Assembly (NCBI GenBank): GCA_964057225.1
Contig: OZ059898.1
Span: forward strand, 9,858,001 to 9,922,000
Direction of reading: 5' to 3'
Length of the DNA stretch: 64,000 nt
Origin: Auanema rhodensis
Taxonomy: Eukaryota; Animalia; Nematoda
The number at the start of each line of letters is the position of its first letter. Positions within the stretch are counted from its first letter, which is position 1. The notes beneath the pieces are model-generated. The model did not search any database and was not told the DNA's origin. It saw nothing but the letters and a program-made list of their open reading frames with translations. The translations under genes were made by a program, and so were the position numbers. This document shows positions 50,301 through 59,456 of this stretch, piece after piece.

Positions 50301-53138
50301 GATAAAAAGATAGGATTGTTCAAAGGACCAGTAGAACACAAGATACCACTACGAACGGATATGGATATGCCAAAGCCACGAATTTCACGTATACCTCTCG
50401 GGAGACAAGAAGAGGTAGAAAGACAAGTCCAAGAAATGCTCGAGCAAGGGATAATAGAACGATCGACATCTTTGTTCAACAGCCCTGTCGTTCTCGTTAA
50501 GAAAAAAGACGAAACATTCCGTTTCGTTACGGATTTCCGAGCCTTAAATAACGTTACAAGAAAACAAACATATGTGATTCCTAACATCTCTGATATCATT
50601 GACTTAGCGGCTGGATCACAATACTTTTCTAATTTTGATCTTGTTTCTGGCTTTTTCCAAATACCATTATTGAAGAAGGATAGACCACTCACATCCTTTA
50701 CCACCAATAGTGGGACTTATCAATACAGGAGAATGCCTATGGGATTATGTGGTGCGCCACATACCTTTCAAACAGCCGTGAGATATCTCCAAAGTAAATG
50801 TAAATGCCGACTATTTGTCTATTTGGACGATTTACTAGTCATATCAGACAGCGCAGAACAACACCTCGAAGACATCAAAGAAGTATTACTCGCTGTAGAA
50901 AGACTAGGATTTAAGATTAAACTCAAGAAATGTTCATTTGCAAGACCAGAAGTGAAATTTCTCGGACTCATTGTCGGAAGAGACGGAGTTAAGCCCGATC
51001 AACAGAAAGTTTCCGCCATCCGCGATTACCCTGCTCCTCAAACACCCACAGGAGTAAGAGCATTCTTAGGAATGGTCGGATTCTTTAGAAAATTTATTAA
51101 AGATTTTGCACATATAGCAAGTCCGCTGTATGACCTTACTAAGCTAGACGCAGACTTCAATTGGACTAGCGAATGTCAACGTTCACTAGATAAGCTAAAG
51201 GAACGACTAATCGAAGCACCGGTACTGAAACCACCACGATCAGACCGAACTTTCATCATTGAAAGTGATGGCAGCAACATCGCCATAGGCGCAGTATTAC
51301 TGCAGCCCGAAGATCCAAACGAACCATTCAAGAACTTACATCCAATTGCTTTCGCAAGTAGGAAATTAGTAAAAGCAGAACGTAACTATGCTCCCATAGA
51401 GATAGAAGCCTTAGGCTTAGTTTACGCTCTAGCACAGTTTCGAACATACATACTTGGATCACATTCAATTTGCATCACCGATCATCGCCCATTGACAAGC
51501 TTACTAACTAGAAGAGACCTATTTGGAAGACTAGCAAAGTTCCAATTGGTCATACAGGAATACGATATTGAGATCAAATATCGAGAAGGCAGATTAAACA
51601 AAGTCTGTGACGCACTCTCTAGATACATTGGAGATAAAGCTAACGATCCAAAGACGTCGAACAAGAAACAAAAGACGAATTCGAAAGAGAAAATTGAGAC
51701 ACAACAAGTAAATGTTGTGAAGTTACCAGAATTCAGCTCAATCCAACAAAATACTCCTTGGATCAAGAGAACAATAGCTGAGATTGAATACAGAACGAAG
51801 AAAAATATGATTCAAAATGATCGTTATTGTGTTATAAACAACTTACTCTACACAAAACCAAGCGTCAAAAGACCTCATCCAGCGTTAATATTGCCATCGG
51901 ATAGTGATATAATTAACAAAATCATTGAAGAATTTCATGAAGACCCAACAATCGGGGCGCATCAAGGAATCAACAAAACAAAAGAAGCCATAGTACGAAG
52001 ATTTTCCTGGACTAACATGCAGAACGACATAGCAAAATACGTAAAACAGTGCATCAAATGTGCACAACGAAAGAAAGATCCTCATGCTATGACCGTACAA
52101 CCGATGGGTCAATTTAACATACCATCAAAACCATTTGAGAGAATACATATGGATATCATGGGACCATTCCCAACATCAAAAAGGAACAACAGCTATGTCC
52201 TCACAATACAAGACTCTTTCTCCAAATGGGCTACAACTATCGCCATACCAACAATTGTTAGTGAAGTTGTCATTGATAGATTCCTCAGAAACTTTGTATA
52301 TGTCTATGGACCACCGAATCGCTTAATAACAGACCGCGGTTCCAACTTCCTATCAAGGAAATTTGAAGACATGTGCGAAAAACTCGGTATCAAACATGAA
52401 TCAACACTCCCACATCAGAAGAATTCCAATGGACAAGTAGAAAGACTTCATAGAACGTTAGAAGAAGGACTCACACATTATCTCAACGAAGATGTCACTG
52501 ATTGGGACATGTTTTTGCCAAAAATTACCTTTGCATTGAACACCACAACGCATGCAACCACAGGAATATCACCATACGTTGTACTATTCGGGAAAGAAAG
52601 CCGTTTGAGATTGGATAAAGATTTATACCCCGAAACAACTGAACCAAAGGAAATTTCAAAGGAGATTGAAAATATTGAGAAAATCCGAAGCAAACAGAAA
52701 ACAATCATTCAAGAAAATTTGGAAAAGCATCAAGAATTAGCAAAAAAGAAACATGATGCTCGATTACGCACTCACGAAAGAGATATACAAGAAGGAGACT
52801 GCGTTATGTTAGCTGTGAAAATGCACAAGCCAGGACAAAAGCTTCGGAAAGCTTATGATGGACCATTTGAAGTTATAAATGTGAAGGGAAACATGGTTCA
52901 AATCAAAAACCTTTTCGGAAAGATTCAAGACGTTCACAAGGACAATCTCAAATTATTTAATCGAGAAACAGATGACGGAATCGCACATAAGCCCAGTACA
53001 CGTACAGACAGCTCAGACGATGACAGCGATATCGAAATCATAGAGGTTATCAACGGAAACAACAACGAGGAAGACTCTTATGACGAACCAGAAGACCTTT
53101 CGGATACAAATTGGCTACCATCAAGAAAAAACCATTAA
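44379..53138 (+). CDS. Gag-Env-Pol polyprotein of element B (~2900 aa): Gag, gB-like fusion glycoprotein, aspartic protease, RT, RNase H, integrase
   Basis: ORF-track ORF 44433-53138; the frame is open from 44370 and conserved with A from 44376; first ATG at 45126. Motifs: LWDSGS (49491), YLDD (50820), RNase H ESDGS/TDH/DALSR, IN H-H-C-C (~51936), HMD/TDRG/ER, GPF. Confidence 0.95.
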   Translation: MPHVTKHSRFFQTKSSSKVAKRFHSAVPISTHFDSQDSAPFTRSRARAQDVAILEEEQKVDKKPDNFLIPTTDSVSPTEQLGDPDYVPTIEEELSIIVEEQTPITPKKVRSSNSNKNKKNQNISDASLSLSLTEPTDSPLLSKTSSAGGLSSLRNIVTDLFNLSPKDKTFNTKRKSRYSSVPNINISPIQPPAPNTSIHQTSTPILTTTDSLPKAPNRPIPSTQTTPILETPPITGRTIKIPSTRTNNIMTEAVSSLPGAGKTTIAQALLSPYCPTYDGSRNFRDFTGKFNLFANAIGLVIPERLALLPLLLKNEAAEEAYRQVPEQLKTTGSWNDLIRALTSKLCPEYNQDPALINLQNTTQGELTIDAYAQALRTMALSAFASDDPHKDQILRSTFLRGLKNSLKPAVIRAKPKSFTEAIEAARWEESIVNQTTDTQSMLVNAVNKALAPFARNDERRDSQTFNRNYQRDNQMIRNNQNYQNNQNYQNYQKNKNFSNFNNNRNRYGSFANNNRRTNYNEQDNRQSSSDWHQRNYNFRHNNQRGRFNNNNGQRRVQFKNPRDNSRGRDRSSTRINSVTLSPLTLTVIMAITTAIFLPCASTYQICTRATGGALLMPPTIRKCRLTEKNHVLRTEVHLYTRNHTAHEWDAWRCSEEVHKLCVRDLLFLRDTNRTINRIQPIGERECRQAIRDRKWNNIELQRIDSITQATPEPSYDPARAFNRDACEERSRLILERGVMTRMPDDTILSNLILNTEGCNAHHGNCESSTSIIIWDPQTTASRCNYIDMHTYDAIISQDTILIPSTQSALILSSKPTPKPISSCFRQPAFHTTSGNYIILPKFPNDNNITTLIEREFKKLPFKRPKRAVTEGCSFPLDQDRINEVEDYETVLLHVCPYTFLRPLMSNPGITSIIPIIKGRRLVDPTYSLKAWITSHKKKFEFFFRIQINEHSVRHFLKQYDFSDKKEALLYYIAQRELAITTKAAISYLTSEQLLEQISDRLTVIEFDEIIRKKEGSYRERIESIALNLTNTPVIIEEGLTVPSRQEVLQTFIQMPPIRKRILTDEEEKKSEFIKATINLLRELKTLTTVRWNKTAAFIDDRKFIKLPASRQFMPNTDKLFYDRKNNYGIPIGPHPKLIKPSNLSKKLLLEIFLPLLNNVKTPYTSSRITQEQLQILMAEKNETNFRQIATRTSSVAAGGAASGAVVTPVQPLIEQKGTIQSVTTIQPHITNNPHTNATTTTRAPSWRQQPSTTAPHTTAATTARTTTSTARSPTTTRSYAIYKDAQIPKIQETTEASPTLIRKNRASSTPSVETSNLVEANARYIATKIDSVQEFRQNISNKIAQDHLQYATTMIQEELQKHFEESYESICEIQNRYLELWKSILQIEPTIAMRTILGREDIAARFVGNEILHIHVCPTVLEKTIYHNHTVNGTCYLETPVWTQDGQLLFAAPGSKDLLPHGKEISCDHVPRDIWSSEGEWKGINGTADVNLVSMWDGLHHEKITPLKFTGAHLYTNLSSRVYSMTTAIAYGASLASIRQNHVLHTIHNDPKISATFSVLKKSSDYISKAQEFTKSTWKSFIDTIAGTIERTLITIGAITLFTIILFVIGFIVKIYFFKPVGIPVMHIALKDHDSDLPTYEETLELVSHPDQPIPRHIMKQYYPSMLTFIPIALPLVCTISKKKDQALPLLWMTVNDRLILTLWDSGSSVSYIRISTLHYLALNDFVKKNTLRATTANGSEFVFIGTIDLTVEIAGYEIDHTFFISDDKDCPSPALIGLDFMKTLDCQNIGMKLRPYKRTLEIGNHVVPLASGINGDINRISKTVNLITLEPRSLLPRQVFNFQVQLENPIGEDLIAMIKPNDSTPLSPRYDTAFRDVNSINIQFRNNSKEFIEIPAGTVIAEAEIGSIPDYEIFSTEQQYDYIPPEADWEGKLPHFPGDFMKELDLKEADLTQRQKDELRNIIRQRKKAFLNEDKKIGLFKGPVEHKIPLRTDMDMPKPRISRIPLGRQEEVERQVQEMLEQGIIERSTSLFNSPVVLVKKKDETFRFVTDFRALNNVTRKQTYVIPNISDIIDLAAGSQYFSNFDLVSGFFQIPLLKKDRPLTSFTTNSGTYQYRRMPMGLCGAPHTFQTAVRYLQSKCKCRLFVYLDDLLVISDSAEQHLEDIKEVLLAVERLGFKIKLKKCSFARPEVKFLGLIVGRDGVKPDQQKVSAIRDYPAPQTPTGVRAFLGMVGFFRKFIKDFAHIASPLYDLTKLDADFNWTSECQRSLDKLKERLIEAPVLKPPRSDRTFIIESDGSNIAIGAVLLQPEDPNEPFKNLHPIAFASRKLVKAERNYAPIEIEALGLVYALAQFRTYILGSHSICITDHRPLTSLLTRRDLFGRLAKFQLVIQEYDIEIKYREGRLNKVCDALSRYIGDKANDPKTSNKKQKTNSKEKIETQQVNVVKLPEFSSIQQNTPWIKRTIAEIEYRTKKNMIQNDRYCVINNLLYTKPSVKRPHPALILPSDSDIINKIIEEFHEDPTIGAHQGINKTKEAIVRRFSWTNMQNDIAKYVKQCIKCAQRKKDPHAMTVQPMGQFNIPSKPFERIHMDIMGPFPTSKRNNSYVLTIQDSFSKWATTIAIPTIVSEVVIDRFLRNFVYVYGPPNRLITDRGSNFLSRKFEDMCEKLGIKHESTLPHQKNSNGQVERLHRTLEEGLTHYLNEDVTDWDMFLPKITFALNTTTHATTGISPYVVLFGKESRLRLDKDLYPETTEPKEISKEIENIEKIRSKQKTIIQENLEKHQELAKKKHDARLRTHERDIQEGDCVMLAVKMHKPGQKLRKAYDGPFEVINVKGNMVQIKNLFGKIQDVHKDNLKLFNRETDDGIAHKPSTRTDSSDDDSDIEIIEVINGNNNEEDSYDEPEDLSDTNWLPSRKNH
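46110..49232 (+). other. env: Env region within the polyprotein: signal peptide, Cys-rich class III (herpes gB-like) ectodomain, TM anchor
   Basis: Hydrophobic LTLTVIMAITTAIFLPCAST|YQIC; RPKR at 46965; CEIQNRYLELWKSILQIEPTIAMRTILGREDIAARFVGNEILHIHVC at 48489; many N-x-S/T sequons; TM 49152-49232. Confidence 0.85.
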
Positions 53139-53513
53139 CTCATGAGATTTTATTGTAAATTGTTTTGTAATAACTTTCTTTAAAGTAATACTAGAACACA
53201 AATTTTGTAACGACTCCTCTAAAACAAGTCACTCTTAAGTCAAAAAGTAAACTAGAGCATAATGAACACGGGAAATGTGAGAAAATAATTCTTTTATCAT
53301 ATAGTTCGAACCTTCCTAATTTCAACTAACTTCCCCATACTAGATGAGATGAAAAATGAAAGACATAGTTTGCAACAATATCTGAGCAACAGTCTTCACT
53401 TGAGTAATCAATGACTCAATTTGGAAGTTATTTGGTATTACGCAAAACTTTTCTTTTTTTTCTAAACTCACACAAATTGAAACAAACAACCGAGCTCTAG
53501 CAAAAAAATAGTT

Positions 53514-53589
53514 AACTTTTTATCTACACTTGTTGGAGCGTTATGCTTAAAAACTTTTTATCTACACTTGTTGGAGCGTTATGCTTAAA
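53514..53589 (+). repeat. 38-bp tandem duplication in the 3' UTR of element B
   Basis: AACTTTTTATCTACACTTGTTGGAGCGTTATGCTTAAA occurs twice. Confidence 0.9.
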
Positions 53590-53859
53590 AACCTTTTTTT
53601 TTATTATTTTATAAGCACGTTCGCCAATAAAACATAGTCTAGTATTCGTTAAAGAGGGTTAAAACTTTCATAATTTGGTTAAAAAAATTTTTTTAAATTC
53701 TTTTCAGATACTGATGTTTTATATTGTATTATGTTCATATTATAAGAATTTTACGTAAAATATTGTATTGTAACATGTACTTTAATACACACATTAACCC
53801 TTCTGCTACAGTTAATCAAGTCAAAACTTTTGATTGTCGCGAGGCCGCGACATAAACTC

Positions 53860-53870
53860 GAAAAAGGGCA
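53860..53870 (+). promoter_or_regulatory. Polypurine tract of element B
   Basis: GAAAAAGGGCA immediately before the 3' LTR. Confidence 0.8.
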
Positions 53871-54228
53871 CGTTCCATTCGGATGATCAATGCATTACAT
53901 TCATATGACGAAGCTGTAGCAGGCGGGTTAGAGTCAGAGAATGCGAGACTGAGAGAAGACGACCCGCCCTTTTCCATATTACAACACTTCAGCTTTGCCT
54001 CAGGGACGATCATGGATGGTTGGTCGTTCTCTCTCTGTTCTCTATTAGTTTAACCTTTACTTAGTTATATGTATCTTATTGTAATCACGTAGATATAATA
54101 AACCAATCTTTCTCGAGTCTTATGTTTATCCTTATGCTCCATGTTTAACCGCTACATCTGGAATACTACCACGCTCATCTTGTAGACTCCATTGGTCTGT
54201 AAGATCGACGCGGGAGCATAACGGAACG
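53871..54228 (+). repeat. 3' LTR of element B
   Basis: Direct repeat of 42567-42924. Confidence 0.97.
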
Positions 54229-55025
54229 AAATTCCAAAAACAGTAGAATAAAATTGAGAAAGCAACATAAACAGTTGAACGATTTGAAGAGAATTGTAAG
54301 TTTAAGAAAAGAATTAAAGTTTAGCTTTGTCTACTATTAACTGATTATCGGCTGAAATATGGTGACAGTTTTTTATTAAAAGTTTCCATGATTAAGATTA
54401 AACAAAGAAAAAAAAATCAAAGAGAAACACTTCTTGTTTACTTATTTGATTATAACACTTGAAATTCCAACAAAAGTAAAGTAAAACTGTTAAAGCGAGT
54501 AAAACTGTTGAACGATTTGAAGACAATTGTAAGTTGAAGAAAAAAATTAAAGTTTAGCTCTCTCTACTATTAACTGAATGTCGGCTGAAATAAGGTAACA
54601 GTTTTTATTAAAAGTTTCCATGATTTAGATTAAACAAAGAAAAAAAATCAAAGAGAAACACTTCTTGTTTACTAATTTGATTATAACACTTGAAATTCCA
54701 ACAAAAGTAAAGTAAAACTGTTAAAGCGAGTAAAACTGTTGAACAATTTGAAGACAATTGTAAGTTGAAAAAAAAAATTAAAGTTTAGCTCTCTCTACTA
54801 TTAACTGAATGTCGGCTAAAATATGATAACAGTTTTTATTAAAAGTTTCCATGATTAAGATTAAACAAAGAAAAAAAATCAAAGAGAAACACTTCTTGTT
54901 TACTAATTTGATTATAACACTTGAAAATCCAACAAAAGTAAAATAAAACTGTGAAAGCGGGTAAAACTGTTGAACTAAAACAGTCTTTATAAAATATAAA
55001 TGATATATTTTTATAAAAGTGAAGT

Positions 55026-55096
55026 TGCATCGGCCGGCAATCGAACCCGGGTCGCCCGCGTGGCAGGCGAGCATTCTACCACTGAACCACCGATGC
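55026..55096 (-). tRNA. tRNA-Gly(GCC), T-stem variant
   Basis: GATTGCCGG instead of GATTCCCGG. Confidence 0.75.
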
Positions 55097-55889
55097 TTCC
55101 AAAATGTTAGATTGTTTCCGAAAAATTATGAAAAGTCAAGTTCTACTGATTTGAAGAGAATTGTAAGTTTTAGAAAAGAATTGAAGTTCAGCTATCTCTA
55201 CTATTAACTGATTATCGGCTAAAATAAGGTAACAGTTTTTATTGAAAGTTTCCATGATTAAGATTAAACAAAGAAAAAAAATCAAAGAGAAACACTTCTT
55301 GTTTACTTATTTAATTATAATACTTGAAATTCCAAAAACAGTAGAATAAAATAGAGAAAGCGACGAAAAAAGTTGAACGATTTGAAGAGAATTGTAAGTT
55401 TTAGAAAAGAATTAAAGTTCAGCTATCTCTACTATTAACTGATTATCGGCTAAAATAAGGTAACAGTTTTTATTGAAAGTTTCCATGATTAAGATTAAAC
55501 AAAGAAAAAAATCAAAGAGAAACACTTCTTGTTTACTTACTTGATTATAATACTTGAAATTCCAAAAACAGTAAAATAAAATTGAAAAAGCGACAAAAAC
55601 AGTTGAACGATTTGAAGACAATTGTAAGTTGAAGAATAAAATTAAAGTTTAGCTCTCTCTACTATTAACTGAATGTCGGCTAAAATATGGTAACAGTTTT
55701 TATTAAAAGTTTCCATGATTAAGATTAAACAAAGAAAAAAAATCAAAGAGAAACACTTCTTGTTTACTAATTTGATTATAACACTTGAAATTCCAAAAAA
55801 AGTAAAATAAAACTGTGAAAGCGGGTAAAACTGTTGAACTAAAACAGTCTTTATAAAATATAAATGATATATTTTTATAAAAGTGAAGT

Positions 55890-55960
55890 TGCATCGGCCG
55901 GGAATCGAACCCGGGTCGCCCGCGTGGCAGGCGAGCATTCTACCACTGAACCACCGATGC
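55890..55960 (-). tRNA. tRNA-Gly(GCC)
   Basis: Consensus copy. Confidence 0.95.
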
Positions 55961-56982
55961 TTCGAAAATGTTAGATTGTTTCCGAAAAATTATGAAAAGT
56001 CAAGTTCTACTGATTTGAAGAGAATTGTAAGTTTTAGAAAATAATTAAAAATTAGTTCTCTCTACTATTAACTGATTGTCGGCTAAAATATGGTAACAGT
56101 TTTTATAAAAAGTTTCCATGATTAGGATTAAACAAAAAAAAGAATTAAAGAGAAACACTTTTTGTTTACTTATTTGATTATAATACTTGAAATTCCAAAA
56201 ACAGTAGAATAAAATTGAGAAATCGACAAAAACAGTTGAACGATTTGAAGAGAATTGTAAGTTTTAGAAAAGAATTAAAGTTCAGCTATCTCTACTATTA
56301 ACTGACTATCGGCTAGAATAAGGTAACAGTTTTTATTGAAAGTTTCCATGATTAAGATTGAACAAAAAAAAATTAGAGAGAAACACTTCTTGTTTACTTA
56401 CTTGATTATAATACTTGAAATTCCAAAAACAGTAAAATAAAATTGAGAAAGCGACAAAAACAGTTGAACGATTTGAAGACAATTGTAAGTTTAAGAAAAG
56501 AATTAAAGTTTAGCTTTGTCTACTATTAACTGATTATCGGCTGAAATATGGTGACAGTTTTTTTTTAAAAGTTTCCATGATTAAGATTAAACAAAGAAAA
56601 AAAATCAAAGAGAAACACTTCTTGTTTACTAATTTGATTATAACACTTGAAATTCCAACAAAAGTAAAGTAAAACTGTTAAAGCGAGTAAAACTGTTGAA
56701 CAATTTGAAGACAATTGTAAGTTGAAAAAAAAAATTAAAGTTTAGCTCTCTCTACTATTAACTGAATGTCGGCTAAAATATGGTAACAGTTTTTATTAAA
56801 AGTTTCCATGATTAAGATTAAACAAAGAAAAAAAATCAAAGAGAAACACTTCTTGTTTACTAATTTGATTATAACACTTGAAATTCCAAAAAAAGTAAAA
56901 TAAAACTGTGAAAGCGGGTAAAACTGTTGAACTAAAACAGTCTTTATAAAATATAAATGATATATTTTTATAAAAGTGAAGT

Positions 56983-57053
56983 TGCATCGGCCGGGAATCG
57001 AACCCGGGTCGCCCGCGTGGCAGGCGAGCATTCTACCACTGAACCACCGATGC
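56983..57053 (-). tRNA. tRNA-Gly(GCC)
   Basis: Consensus copy. Confidence 0.95.
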
Positions 57054-57848
57054 TTCGAAAATGTTAGATTGTTTCCGAAAAATTATGAAAAGTCAAGTTC
57101 TACTGATTTGAAGAGAATTGTAAGTTTTAGAAAATAATTAAAAATTAGTTCTCTCTACTATTAACTGATTGTCGGCTAAAATATGGTAACAGTTTTTATA
57201 AAAAGTTTCCATGATTAGGATTAAACAAAAAAAAGAATTAAAGAGAAACACTTTTTGTTTACTTATTTGATTATAATACTTGAAATTCCAAAAACAGTAG
57301 AATAAAATTGAGAAATCGACAAAAACAGTTGAACGATTTGAAGAGAATTGTAAGTTCAAGAAAAGAATTAAAGTTTAGCTTTGTCTACTATTAACTGATT
57401 ATCGGCTGAAATATGGTGACAGTTTTTTATTAAAAGTTTCCATGATTAAGATTAAACAAAGAAAAAAAAATCAAAGAGAAACACTTCTTGTTTACTTATT
57501 TGATTATAACACTTGAAATTCCAACAAAAGTAAAGTAAAACTGTTAAAGCGAGTAAAACTGTTGAACGATTTGAAGACAATTGTAAGTTGAAGAAAAAAA
57601 TTAAAGTTTAGCTCTCTCTACTATTAACTGAATGTCGGCTGAAATAAGGTAACAGTTTTTTTTAAAAGTTTCCATGATTTAGATTAAACAAAGAAAAAAA
57701 ATCAAAGAGAAATACTTCTTGTTTACTTATTTGATTATAACACTTGAAAATCCAACAAAAGTAAAATAAAACTGTGAAAGCGGGTAAAACTGTTGAACTA
57801 AAACAGTCTTTATAAAATATAAATGATATATTTTTATAAAAGTGAAGT

Positions 57849-57919
57849 TGCATCGGCCGGGAATCGAACCCGGGTCGCCCGCGTGGCAGGCGAGCATTCT
57901 ACCACTGAACCACCGATGC
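57849..57919 (-). tRNA. tRNA-Gly(GCC)
   Basis: Consensus copy. Confidence 0.95.
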
Positions 57920-58712
57920 TTCGAAAATGTTAGATTGTTTCCGAAAAATTATGAAAAGTCAAGTTCTACTGATTTGAAGAGAATTGTAAGTTTTAGAAAA
58001 GAATTGAAGTTCAGCTATCTCTACTATTAACTGATTATCGGCTAAAATAAGGTAACAGTTTTTATTGAAAGTTTCCATGATTAAGATTAAACAAAGAAAA
58101 AAAATCAAAGAGAAACACTTCTTGTTTACTTATTTAATTATAATACTTGAAATTCCAAAAACAGTAGAATAAAATAGAGAAAGCGACGAAAAAAGTTGAA
58201 CGATTTGAAGAGAATTGTAAGTTTTAGAAAAGAATTAAAGTTCAGCTATCTCTACTATTAACTGATTATCGGCTAAAATAAGGTAACAGTTTTTATTGAA
58301 AGTTTCCATGATTAAGATTAAACAAAGAAAAAAATCAAAGAGAAACACTTCTTGTTTACTTACTTGATTATAATACTTAAAATTCCAAAAACAGTAAAAT
58401 AAAATTGAAAAAGCGACAAAAACAGTTGAACGATTTGAAGACAATTGTAAGTTGAAGAATAAAATTAAAGTTTAGCTCTCTCTACTATTAACTGAATGTC
58501 GGCTAAAATATGGTAACAGTTTTTATTAAAAGTTTCCATGATTAAGATTAAACAAAGAAAAAAAATCAAAGAGAAACACTTCTTGTTTACTAATTTGATT
58601 ATAACACTTGAAATTCCAAAAAAAGTAAAATAAAACTGTGAAAGCGGGTAAAACTGTTGAACTAAAACAGTCTTTATAAAATATAAATGATATATTTTTA
58701 TAAAAGTGAAGT

Positions 58713-58783
58713 TGCATCGGCCGGGAATCGAACCCGGGTCGCCCGCGTGGCAGGCGAGCATTCTACCACTGAACCACCGATGC
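58713..58783 (-). tRNA. tRNA-Gly(GCC)
   Basis: Consensus copy. Confidence 0.95.
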
Positions 58784-58888
58784 TTCGAAAATGTTAGATT
58801 GTTTCCGAAAAATTATGAAAAGTCAAGTTCTACTGATTTGAAGAAAATTGTAAGTTTTAGAAAATAATTAAAAATTAGTTCTCTCTAC

Positions 58889-59227
58889 CGTTCCATATTG
58901 GTTCCTAGGGTTCCGGCTAGGTAACCATATGGACTTTAATAGTGTGAATGCCATTGTAAAAGTAACAGAGAGTAGAGAAAAAGAAGTTTATTCAGAATAT
59001 GGAAATACAATTATAAAAGCAAAATACAATAATCAAATAAATGAAACTACATGTTATGAGAAAGCCAACCTAGTTGCTTTCTCAGGGGTTTATATAGCAA
59101 AATATTAATTACAAATATAATTGAATTTATACAAAAAGTAGTTCAGGTCTAGTTTCTTATTGAATTCTATTAACCAAAAGTCGGTTGACGTTGTCAACCG
59201 CCTTCTTTATAAGACACGTATGGAACA
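58889..59227 (-). repeat. Probable 3' LTR of element C (339 bp, TGTTCCATA...TATGGAACG)
   Basis: 8-bp terminal inverted repeat GTTCCATA; preceded by GGCA as in element B. The partner LTR is not in the window. Confidence 0.75.
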
Positions 59228-59456
59228 TGCCTTATATTGAAAAAGTAGCTGACCTCAGCTATAAGAAATTAGACCTTTTAAGGAAAAGAAACAAAAGAGA
59301 AAAATATATATATAAATGAATTAGAATTAGAATACTAGAATAGGAATAATAGTGTAATAGGAATAATATTAAAAAAAATGAAAACAATATAAAAAGAAAA
59401 AGAAAAGAAAAGAAAAGAAAAGAGAAGAAAAACTATGAATTCACCTCGTGCAGCTG

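Larger units (their letters stand above)
42567..54228 (+). mobile_element. Complete Ty3/gypsy LTR retrotransposon / endogenous virus B (11,662 bp, env-bearing)
   Basis: Two 358-bp LTRs with no difference seen by eye, TSD AAAT (42563-42566 and 54229-54232), PBS, PPT and an intact ORF with PR-RT-RH-IN order. Confidence 0.98.
54229..58888. repeat. tRNA-Gly tandem array, block 2 (5 tRNA cassettes)
   Basis: The same ~232-bp monomer resumes in register after the TSD. Confidence 0.97.

Noticed and set aside
52950-53138. Chromodomain at the integrase C-terminus
   Set aside because: Only an acidic low-complexity tail follows the GPF motif; no chromodomain pattern in B or C.
10356-58761. Dozens of 60-98 aa ORFs (MLACHAGDPG..., MQLHFYK..., MSSNRSTV...)
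   Set aside because: These are translations of the tRNA gene and the AT-rich monomer; they break with homopolymer length changes and show no coding signature.
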